The position numbers were made by a program, and so were the translations under genes. A stretch of 64,000 bases of DNA. Source: Microthyrium microscopicum. Lineage: Eukaryota. Positions within the stretch are counted from its first letter, which is position 1, and each line of letters starts with the position of its first letter. The notes below the pieces were generated by a model. It was not told the DNA's origin and made no database searches. It saw only the letters and a program-made list of their open reading frames with translations. The stretch spans positions 1,197,481-1,261,480 of the forward strand of contig MU004232.1 in the NCBI GenBank assembly GCA_010405405.1, given 5' to 3'. Positions 37,661 to 48,778 of the stretch are shown here, piece after piece.

Positions 37661-38079
37661 CTACTTCTTCTCCTCTATGCTTTCATAGAATCCTTCAGCT
37701 TCTAACCGTCGTCGAGCTTCTTCAAGAGCCCATGTTTGTATACTGTCATAGAATTAGCACTTTGTCCATTGATATTTCCCTTGAACACGACTGTGGTTTC
37801 AACTGACCTGGTATCTGGCTTGAATACATATGCAACAATCGTCAACGCAAAGCTACCCACAAATCCGTAGTAAAACGGCAACTCCCATCCTTCTCTTTTT
37901 GGCTTCGTCCCTGGCTGTACTCCAAACAACCATCCTCCTGGTGGGTCATAGTGTGGGGCGTGACCTGCCTGCTGCCGTGTAGTCGTTGAGAAGGGCTTTG
38001 TCCGTGATGTGCGAGCGACCGAACTGGTAAGCGCCTTCGAGGGGCGTAGGAGCCCTGCTGAGGGTCTCACGAGCGGCAT
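37661..38079 (-). CDS. NDUFB11: Complex I ESSS subunit (NDUFB11 family)
   Basis: Mitochondrial presequence, YDPPGGWLFG..REGWE, a TM segment, and KPDT|SIQTWALEEARRRLEAEG across an intron near 37807-37743. Confidence 0.92.
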
Positions 38080-38477
38080 CGTGAGGATTGAGGATGTGAG
38101 GTATTTCGGACGAACGGCGGCGTGTCCAAGGTTTGAGGAGATCGGATCGCGATTGACCTGGCGGGGTGGCTCCGATGGCACTCTGTGGTGGTGCTTTAAG
38201 TGCCCTTGAGCGAATCCGACGGTTTATTTGGAGTGGAGAGGGGAGATTTGAGGGATTTAGTGTGAAGATGCTGATGAGAGATGACTGAGTGATAGCTTGC
38301 GGTTGAGGTGAATGCAGTAGCGCCGAAGAAAAGCCGGGGTTCGGCAAACCGGAGATTCCCGATCTCAGCCTTATCGATTGTCCCTGAACGCGACCAGAAC
38401 GCGTCTTCAATCCATGATAATTCGAGCGACATAGAAATTATTGAAAACCTGAAGCAATCGATTCTGTACTCGCCACC

Positions 38478-39065
38478 ATGCTAGCAATCAAAGCACAATC
38501 ACAGACCACTGGAAAAGTCACCGCCAACCTTCTACCATGCCGAATTAACCACGATGGTGAAGTAGACGCATCAGACAGACACTGGCAACCAACGACAGAA
38601 ACAGGTAGTTGAGTTCTAGGTTTCAACTGTTATTGATACTGACGGAAAGGCAGATGGCAAAGACACGGTTCACTATCGGGGCCGCAAGATGTTTGGCAAG
38701 GCAGTGAATCTACCAGAAAGTTATGAGGGTAAAGAAGACACCACTTTCGGTGGGGGTGTAGCTGATCAACTGTTCAGGAAAGCTTCTTAAGATCACAAAC
38801 GAGAAGGTCGAAGAGCGTCAAGATCCAATGGATGTGGATGAAGATGGTAGCGAAGCCGACGATACAGAGCAAACTTTTGCGGCTGTAGAAGTTTCGCAAT
38901 TCGATAAGATGATGGTCTGGAGTCATGGAACAGTTCCAGAGTCGTCAGAAGATCCGTATGTGAAAGGAGTAGAGGAGTGGATATCCATGGCGGAAGCTGT
39001 AAGTCAAGTTGTTCCCATATAGCGTGCCCAGAGTCACTAAACAATCGTAGATTCATTCTACATGA
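38478..39065 (+). CDS. RNH203: Ribonuclease H2 subunit C
   Basis: NLLPCRINHDG, YRGRKMFG..LPESYEG, FDKMMVWSH, EEWISMAEA|IH. Three introns. ACGCGT at 38399-38404 upstream. Confidence 0.9.
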
Positions 39066-39096
39066 TTTAACGAATAGATGAACATTAATGATTATA

Positions 39097-39633
39097 TTAT
39101 TTAGCCTTGCATTGAGCCTTGTCCCATTCTTTTTGTGCTTCTTGGAATTCTCCTTTCAGTTTCTGATAAATCTCGTCCTCTCTACATCTCGCCCAGACAG
39201 CTTTAAAAGTCTCCGACGCTTCCAACTTATCAGCATAATCGACATGACTTTGACTTTTTGGGAGCTCCTCCCCAGTATCGCGGTTATATTTCCTCCCGCC
39301 CTTGTGCTGAGCGTACCTTTTCGCCCTCGTCATTCCCTACTTTTGGGGTTAGCCATATGCTAGGTGATCAAGAATTACAGGGAGTTGTGCCATTTGTATG
39401 AACTTGCGGCTCATGTCCATGCCTATGAAGTCACCCTCTTTTCCGAAATCCTTGAATTTCTCCCATAACGTCTCGGAACTCTGTCTTGCAATATCTGGTG
39501 TGCGGAAGCGCCAGTGAGGCAAAAGTTCTGATTTGTATGGCTCAAAAGTGAGAACTCCTTGCTCTCCACGGCCGATCCGATAGGCCATGCGCTCTGCATT
39601 GCTGTCAAGTAGCATCTTCAAACGCTGGTTCAT
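39097..39633 (-). CDS. DUF4385 family protein
   Basis: YRIGRGEQGVLTFEPYKS..HWRFRTP..DFIGMDMSRKFIQM|GMTRAKRYAQHKGGRKY with one intron. Confidence 0.88.
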
Positions 39634-39965
39634 GAAATTGTTGTGAATGGTCGGAACTCTCTACATCTCCTAACATCAGGATTTATTGACGGAGTCGTGA
39701 CGTAATAGACCAAACTTAGCAAACAATGAATTCCTGAATTGAAGTGCTGGATGTCACGAAAGAGCCAGCGATGAAGTAGTTGCCATAAGACTAGAAGGAT
39801 GAGAGAAGCACAACTGGGAAACATAAAAGTGCAAATGCAAAGTGGATAAATTGAGTCAACCAAGGCTAAACCATGGGACGATTAAAGCGATCAGCTAAAG
39901 AAGTGTGCATAAAAGGGGGGGTTTCAGAAGAAAAGTGACCAGACATATAAGAACAGAAAAACACT

Positions 39966-42900
39966 CTAGGCTCTACGCTTTCCTTTACTCCCATGCGCAA
40001 TCAATGCTGGAAATTCTGCATCCTCATCACCAACATATCCAGCGCCTTCATCGCCATCACTACCCTGCTCCTGCAAACTCAACATCATCGCGAGCTCAAT
40101 ATCACTGGCCTCATCTGCTCGGTTGGAACTTGCGGCTGCCAGAGGACTGCGACTGCCGGAATCAGGGGACCTACGGCCGATTCTACCCATTCGGATTTGA
40201 CCGCCCCAAGCAGATGGAGAAGCCGCAGGACTTGGGCTTATAGCTACTGGAGACGTGGAAGCTGCAGATTCCTGCAAGCTACGACGTATAGCTTCCGCTA
40301 TATCATTTTCAAGCACACCTGCAGCAGGAGCCGAATCAGGATGCGGAGTAGATTGCTCGCTCTGTGATTCGCGCTCGAAAGCTTCTTCAGACATGAGCAT
40401 AGCAAGTCGCAATTGCTCGTCCTCTTCCAAGATACCGATGCCAAATCGCTCCTTAAGACGACTGCGCTCTTTGGACTCTTGGCGTTTTTCAAACTTCAAC
40501 TCGGCAAGTTCATCCTCGATAAAGCCCAGTATGCCACCTGACTTGCTGGTGACAGGTGTTGCAGTGTGAGAATTACCTCCACGAGAGCCTTTACGAAGCT
40601 TGCGCTTGCCACTTCTGTTAGAGACCCCATTCAGGTCGTCAGATCGAAAGTGCCAATGCTTGATATGAGAGCCGATGCTGACGATACCACGAAGAGTTGT
40701 GGAATCAGGATCCAGCACAATGGTCCCAACTGCAGACAGATTAAGGTTCATTTCGTCCGGAAGTGTAAGTTGAGCCTCCGCCACCTTGCGCCGCAGTCGG
40801 CCTGTGAATGGCGTGTTGATTATACGGATGGGTGCGGCTTGAGATGCGAGCACGTCCCAGGCCATGACATAACCTTCCAGATCACCATGAACCAGAGTGA
40901 GTGAAGTCATGGCAATACAAGTGATCGGTGATGATGAGGCAAATAGGACTCGGACAGGTTTGATTTCATGGTCCGCATCCGTAGATCTAGGAGGGGGACT
41001 GCGAATGTTCCAAATGTAAACTGAGCCAATGTTGGTGCCCACTGCAACAAACCGCGCACGCTGACCTGGAACCTGGTCAGCACTAGATACGAGATCTGCT
41101 CTTCCGACGGGCGAGCTTGCACCAGACGAATCACCAGAGTTGCCGCCGGCAGCAATCAAGGGATCTTCTGACATCGTGTAATTGGAAAACTTGGAGCAAT
41201 CCAAGGCCGTGCAAGTTATTTGAAGTCCTTTGTTCTTTCCTATTGCGAGTGAAGAAGTGCGCCACTCCTCAATAGATGTAGTCGCATGTGGAGAAGGAGA
41301 GCGTCTCTCCATCTTCCGACTCAAATCATCCAAAACAGGAGATCGAGTCTCGACAGGACCAAACAGTGATGGAGACTGCGACACGGGCGTAGAAGCCTTG
41401 GGGGTTGACGATCCTGACCTGAATTGTTCTCCGGAGTCCTCGTGGCTTTTGTTCGTCTTCACTCTAACATAACGAGTCGCTCCAACTCTAGCTTCCCCTA
41501 GACCGCACCGAAAGACGACAACAGCTTCGCCAGCAAAACTTCCATCATCTCCAGCAAAGTCAACTTGTATTTTCTGTTGCATGTCCCAGCCGACGGATTC
41601 TTCGCGAATGGTGATTGGGCGTACTCTAATGAATTTGTTGATCTCCGCAGTCTCTGCTTGAATTTGTTCGTTTGAGAGACACATCCCATCCCATGAGGAC
41701 CGTGGAGAATAGCTACCGTCGCTGTCTCGATCGCCGTATGGATCAGGTCGTGCAACACGTCTGCTAGCTTCGATTTGATTCCAGTATACTGAGCGCCCCG
41801 TCACCCAGGCAAGTCTTTCTAAAGCATCATCCTTCTCCTTTGCAGATGGATAGTCTTCAGGCGAAGGTCGTTTGGGAAACTTCGTCAAGTAAAACACCTC
41901 GCCCAGAGCGTTCAAAGCTACCGCCCAAATCCGATTCTGAGCCTGTCTCTTCAATGAATAAGCCTCATCTATCACGATTGAGATGATAGGCACACCAGGA
42001 CTCAGAATCCAGCGAGCCGTGAGCTCGCCTCGGCTTAGATTGCGATTTCGCATCGCTACATGACCAAGTGAGTAGGACGATACAACACCCAAAGATGATC
42101 CTGTAACAATTCCGACCGTCCCGTTGGAGAGCGATGGAATACTCGAGGTTTTAGCAATCCAGACTGCGGATATTCCTTCTCGTTCAGTGGGAATATTTGG
42201 CATACCCCAGACATCATGTGCACTCAAGTCTGTGGATCGATTTGAGGTCCAGGACGTGTGTAGCAGCCATTGCATCGCATGTTCTCCGGCAGGTCGGAAA
42301 GTAGTACGACCTTGTGGGCGGCCTTCACCGACGACAACGCCATATGGCTTACTGATATCCAGAGGATTCGGATTACCAATAAGTTGACCAGCACCCAAGC
42401 CCCACATAGCGTGGTCGGGAAATTCGTGTTCAAATCGACCTCGGAAGAAGGGATCATTCCATGTCGACCAAGTTCGCTCTGTCTTGCCAGATAGCGGATG
42501 ATACAGTCTAGTTTCACCAGAATATTCGCCAGCAATCATAATGCTTGCGGCTCGAGCTCCAGACACGGTTTCAAACGTAGCGTGTATTCTATCGATGGGC
42601 AAGACAAAAGGAGTATCATGCATGGCGAATGGAGAATAATTGATTTGGGACCGGCGCCGTCCACTCGAGGAAGTTTTTGTTGTCTCTGGAAGAATAATAG
42701 GACGACCGCGCATGAGGGAACGAAGCAGTCGAACCCGTACAATATATTCATTGCGCCATGTCCCCAAAGTAGTCAGACGAGTGAAGACGCGTCTATCCGG
42801 ACGGAAACCCTAATCTTGTCAGTACAAGAAAATATTATTTTGTAGCGTTCTGGTGAGTCTCCATAACACGGGAACAATGATGTTCCATCAGCTGAGAGGG

Positions 42901-43454
42901 AAGCCCCATAATTTCATGGGGCGCATATGATCCGATCGAAAAATGTATGAAGGTATCTTACCTGTCGTAAACGACTAGTCTCACCCTCTCGGGTATCTGC
43001 GATCACAGAACTCCCAGGAAAATACCGAGCAAAGGCAGTACGCCACGCATCTGGCTGAGTTACCAGCCAGTGAAATTGACGGCAAACAAGAGATGTTGAA
43101 GTAAGATCCGCAGGGCTAAGATGAGATAGCGAATGGATTAGAATTTCTGGCAATGTTAGCACGAGTTCCTATGAACGGCAATCAACACTCACCGCTTGGT
43201 AAAGATGTAAGATTCAAAGCATTGCCAATGGCGCTTTTAGTGCGCGTCAATCCATCCAAGACCTCATGTGCATCTCCTTGTACTGCAGAAACGACAGAAT
43301 GCGCGGCGTCTGTTGGTTCGCGACTTCCGGGGCTGGAAGCGCTTGTTGCTGGATGAGGGATGAGAGGGAGTCCATGATGGGCTATAGAATTGGATTCTGG
43401 GGCGAGTTGGTCAGGAGAAACTTTTGGGGATAGTCGAGAGGGCTCTGATTGCAT
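39966..43454 (-). CDS. F-box and WD-like repeat protein with C-terminal UIM-like motifs (Pof10-like)
   Basis: F-box 'LTSLPS|EILIHSLSHL..LVCRQFH..AWRTAFARYFPG', then 'WRNEYIVRVRLLRSLMRGRP'. UIM-like 'EDEQLRLAMLMSEE' and 'DIELAMMLSLQE'. Two introns. Confidence 0.88.
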
Positions 43455-44631
43455 AAAACCGTGGAAAGAGGAGCGGGTAATTTCGCGACTGAGCCAGCAG
43501 GAAGCCTGGAGTCAGTCAATGATCTTTGGATGGAAACGAGGATTAAATCGTCTTAGGACGCGTTACGATGGCAAAAGTGGTGACGTTGAAGGAGATGAGT
43601 CCGAGGTTGAGATTTTGGAGTTGGAGTAGGAAAATATATTCATCTAATCTAATCTCTGGCACCTCCATCCTCAAATCTGGCGTGTTCAGTATTAACATCC
43701 GCATTCTCAACCCCTTTATCATCGTGGAGTCCTTTAGCTCCCATCAAGCTCGTTTAAACTGGACAATTTATCGAATACGGTGGGAAAGCTAGCACGTTCT
43801 CTTTAGGAAAGATGATTGTGGACAACGTAGTTGATGAGACTATCTCATACTCCTACCTCTGTGTCAACTTTATCACACTGCCACTTTTTTACGACCAACG
43901 CCGCATACTTAACTTCCCGTTTATTGTGCCTTCACTTCCTCTGATACGTCCTCGAGCGGTTAGCTAAACCACGGATCTTGGCGTTTTCTTCTTATCTTCA
44001 TGAAATGGCTTCGCTCACTAGAGCTGGCTTTGAATCGGCATACTCGATGCTCGTAAGCTCTGAAAACAGCAAAACGGTACACAAGTCGTATTTCATGAAA
44101 TTTGCTGCTTTACCGGATCTGGTTGGAAGGCATATCGAGGTGCTACAATAAGATTTCCTGCGTCAAAACGCTGTATGAACGGCCTACTCTATATTTGGGC
44201 ATTGCCTTGCGGCACTATAACAACCTTTACCTTCACCTGACGTGGTGATGCAGCAACGCGAATCCGATGGCTTCTAATACAAAATGATCTTAAAGGTTAA
44301 TACATGTTGTTTCCCCGGAGTCTGGTTTGCAAAGTGGCCTACGGTAGCCCTCAAGCTTCGAGGTACGACTTTTATATGAAACAACGTATTACTGGTTGTT
44401 CACGTTGGCACAATAATTAGAGACCTTGTCAATCCACGAACTCGACAAACCACAGGGGATTGCTTCAGAGGCGTTGTGTACTCGGAACGGAAACAGCTAA
44501 AGTGTACTATAGTGCGGCTAAAACTTTTAGGAACTTGAATAAGTATAGGAGGACTCTCACTTCAAGAATGAGATATTGGAGGCGAGGACATCGACATCGA
44601 CATCAAGACTTTCTTTTCCTAGACGTGCATA

Positions 44632-46144
44632 ATGTTTTTAGCGGTTCTAACTTTCACGGCCATTGCGAGTGCACTAGCTGTCCCTTCAACAGAGTTGGGT
44701 ACGTGTCAGAAGAACTATACCAAAAGAGCATACTGTTATGCTAATACCAAAGTAGTTGAACGTCAATTAGGGAGCCAGTCAGCGAATCAAACAATATTAC
44801 AGCCAGTCACTACCAAGAAGCTCACTTCTATAACTTTCCCACAAAGTGTACGAGAGAAGCTGATTTGGGGACCTTTCAAGCTCAGCGCCGCAAATGTAAG
44901 CGTATTAACAGCAATCAGAACGCATGCTAACCTTTAATTCACGTAGGGTAAACATAATGGACAGCTCGATAAGGGCTCTGATACCTTCAACACAATCCTT
45001 GGTGGGCTTTGTAGCGATTGCTACATCTTAAAGGCAGACTACAACATTGCGGACAAGGAGGGAACTCGACTTACTCTCAATGAAGGTGTATACTTGCACC
45101 ATGCCATAGTCATGGATACCAGCCAAACGCAGCCTGGAATGCCTCTCACCGCCGTGTGTTCAGCCAAAGAATTGGCCGATGGAGCTGCGGCTTTAGCTAA
45201 AGGCAGTTCCAATGGCATGGCAAGCAGCAGTGGAATGGGAATGTCTGGTCACAGCCACTCGAGAAGATCTGTCTCATCACCTAACACTCAGGCCATGATA
45301 CACCAGAAGAGACAATCTGGAGCTGCAAACAGTTTTCCAGTTCCAGCAACACTGATCACCAAAGGAAACGAAGACAAAATAGCCTATTATGCAGCGCCAA
45401 ACAGTACACTCAAGACTGGCTTCTGGCTTGGAAAGGGTCAACACGTAGCGACTACAATTGACGCAGTCAATTACCGTAATGAAACAAAAGACATGTATTT
45501 CACCATCGACTACGAATACACACCTTTCCCTCAAGGAAAGCCTAAGGATCATTTGGATGTCGCCATGAGCATCATGTCTAGCAATGGTTGCGGCGGACTC
45601 GCTTTTCGTAAGCTCTCAACTTATCTTACAAGTATCTAATCACTTACTCTTATAGACCCGCCAAAGGATAAGTCAGTCACATACACGTCCAATCAGTGGG
45701 ACGTCGCAATTGACGGATATATGCTAAACATCCTTCCTCATCTGTAAGCTCCGCAACCCATATCTTGCAATATTGGCACAATCTAATCAAGAAACACTAG
45801 CCACGACGGAGCTGTCGACCTTCAGATCCTCGTAAACGGGAAGTCAACCTGCCGGTCCCAGGCGATATATACACCAAGCGCAGACAAGTTTGACGGAAAA
45901 CAATGGGAATCGATTACAGGCTATACGACCTGTGATAAGCCTATTCAGGTAAAGAAAGGAGATAAGATTTTCATGACCTCTGAGTATGACCTTACAAAGC
46001 ATAACTTGTGAGTTTAGTCATGCCTCAATGACCCCAATATTCTCTGCTGACGATCGAAATAGGCGACCTACTACGCAAGATCATGGGGAAGCTGAAGGAA
46101 TGGCCGTGGCATTCTTCCAGTTTGCAAGAGATAATAAACAATAA
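44632..46144 (+). CDS. Secreted protein with HH / HxH / Met motifs (PHM-like copper monooxygenase candidate)
   Basis: Signal peptide. Introns 44896-44946, 45608-45655, 45744-45800 and 46008-46062 give one frame containing VYLHHAIV, PHLHDG and EAEGMAV. Confidence 0.8.
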
Positions 46145-46477
46145 CCGCATCATGGTGAATCCCTCATCGAGAAATACAACGGGCTCTCGCCAATTCGGTC
46201 CATATGGTTTTAAGAGTTAGTTATTCCGATCAAGCAAGCGGATAGAAAACATGGCCAGTATACAGCGTGATAGAAAGCAATTGGGTCGAGCATCGACCCA
46301 GTGAGACTTACTCCTCGAATCTCTATGCAAACTTTTCGCCAGACGAGGGACTTTTGAACTCAGACTACAAGTTCCGCACGCGCGAAGTGGGAACGTCATA
46401 CCTGTGTATAAAAGTAAGCACTAAGCTGCCTAAATAACTCCACTCCCAAGAACCAAGTTAGCAGGGCCATCATTGTA

Positions 46478-46701
46478 CCAGTTAAACGGCATAGCAAAAT
46501 ATATGGCGTACTCCTATCAACTCTAATGGCTACTACCAGCGTTGCTAACTAGAAGGTGTTTTAATTCCCAACGTATCTGATAAATATTCCCAATCCGAAC
46601 GCCCTATATGGCAAATAAAACACTCGATGATAGACCGTAGCGTCTAGGCGCCATTAGAGTTGATGGGAGTACGCCATTTATTTTGCCATGCCGTTGACTA
46701 G
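46478..46701 (+). mobile_element. MITE family B, best-preserved copy (about 55-bp TIRs, TA flanks)
   Basis: Left AACGGCATAGCAAAATATATGGCGTACTCCTATCAACTCTAATGGC; right reverse-complemented AACGGCATGGCAAAATAAATGGCGTACTCCCATCAACTCTAATGGC. TA at both ends. Confidence 0.88.
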
Positions 46702-46950
46702 TATATGATCGGAAGCTAGGATGCCAGTAGAACCGTATAGCGTATTACTCCTTGTGAGTGCTTGACATCCGAACGATTCCAGGGCCCTGGGGGCCTAAAA
46801 CCATTGCTCAAATGCAGTTACTTAGCCATCACGCTTACATATCCATTTTATACCCAATGACCGTTTATTTAGGCCTCGAGTGACCCCAAAAACCCGCTCA
46901 AAACCAGAATACTGCTTCACTGGTTCAATATCAGTTTCAAATCTACAAAG

Positions 46951-48440
46951 ATGGCTATTGGTAGACTTGCTCTGTGTTTTGGTATCCAGAATCTTACGTG
47001 AACAGAATCATTTCAGACCAAACTATCCTCCAACGCGACAATCAGCCCAGCTGGTGCCAAAATCCAACGATGGAGTGATTTCAACTACTTTAGCTCCGGG
47101 CGTGTAGTCAATGTCGCCACAGAAGAAGACGTTCAAGCCACTGTACGTATCAAAACAAGCCCAATAAAAACCGCCAGAGCTTTTCGTTCCTAAACGGCCT
47201 AGATCCAACACTGTATCGCGCAAAATATCAACTTCAGCGTCCAGTCCGGCGGCCACGGCTGGTCAGCTTTCCCAGATCTACCTCATGATGAAGTCATGAT
47301 AAACATGCGCGGCCTAAATCAAGTCACCTTCAACTCAGACAAGACGGAGGCCACCATACAAGGCGGCGCTATCATTAAGGAGGTGGTTGACGCTGCTTGG
47401 GACAACGACGTTCATATCGTGACAGGCACTTGCAACGAGGTGGGTTATGTTGGCGCACTGCTGGGCGGTGGTTTTGGGCATATGTGTGCGGTATACGGGC
47501 TATTAATCGAGAACGTTCTGTCCATGAACGTAGTGCTTGCCGATGGTTCGCTAAGAACTATCGCCGCGGCAGATGAGGATTTGTGGTTTGCATTTCGTGG
47601 CGCTGGACATAACTTTGGAGTCGTTACAAGCGTTACAGCGAAAACGCATCCGGTTCCGCGAGATCAGAACAATGCCTCGGTCGGTGCGTTGCTCTTCACG
47701 GAAGATAAGTTGGAAGCCTTGATTCAAGCGGTGGAAGATCTCAAGTTGGAGCCAAACATGGATATCTTCACAGGTTTCATAACTTCCGGCCCGCCTCATT
47801 TTACGCCTGTGCTTGCAGTGTTTCCATTCTTCTATGGTCCAGTGGAAGAAGCACGCAAAGCATTTGCCTCAATCATTGATCTGGGACCTATGGTCGATGA
47901 CATACGGTATGCTCCATACAACAGATGGAACGACGGCATAGACGCATTCTGTGCTAAAGGAGGTAGGAAACCAGGCTATGGGGTAGGGGTCTCGAAGTTG
48001 GTTCCTAGCACTTGGAGATCTATCTGGAATCAATACGTCGAATTTCTTGAACATGAGGGCACCGGCCACAGTGGTATGCTGATCGAACAATATCCACAGG
48101 TCAAAATGGAGAACGATACATCATCTTTCCCAGCGCGTGGTATACGATACAACACTTTCATGCTACCATGGTATCCTGATGCAACGCTCGATACAGAAGC
48201 CCAGAAACTGGGTAAAGCTATGGTCGATGCTTTGGATCGCGATGGGTCTGCAACATCCCTAAAGTGAGTATGTCTTCGTGATCGATCTGTGTTTTACTTA
48301 TTATTTTCAGGTATGTCAATCATGCATTTGGTGATGAACCTTCAGAGGTTGTCTATGGTGACCGGTTGGACAAGTTGACAGATCTCAAGCGTAAATATGA
48401 TCCCGAGAACATTTTCAATCGGTGGTTCAAGCTTGCGTAG
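46951..48440 (+). CDS. FAD-linked oxidoreductase (BBE/VAO family)
   Basis: VQSGGHGW covalent-FAD His motif, GTCNEVG, DLWFAFRGAGHNFGVVT, C-terminal YVNHA..LKRKYDPENIF. Three introns; no signal peptide. Confidence 0.92.
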
Positions 48441-48778
48441 CTTGCGTAGCTTCTGTAGATTTGAAAAGCGTTGCTAGTCTCAGGGAGGAAAGAACCGGTC
48501 GTGTCCTTGTCGTAGAGTACCTGTGTAGAAGCACAGTGTTCTCAAGTAGAAACTCAATCAAGACCCCAATCAATACATCAATTACCACCTCACTATCATA
48601 CAAAACACCCAACTTTTATCCCCACCCACCCAGCGTCAGATCTATATACACGCTTCCCAAAAAAATCTCTATACAAGAAGAAAAAGCCTGAGTCAAAGAA
48701 CAAAGGTCCCCAAATAGAAAAGGTAAAAAAAACCCACAAGCGCCGTGATTTCTATGCAATTTATGCATTACTTCAAGT

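Noticed and set aside
44632..48440. Secreted copper-motif protein plus FAD oxidoreductase as a redox pair
   Set aside because: The oxidoreductase lacks a signal peptide, so the two are probably in different compartments. Adjacency is the only support.
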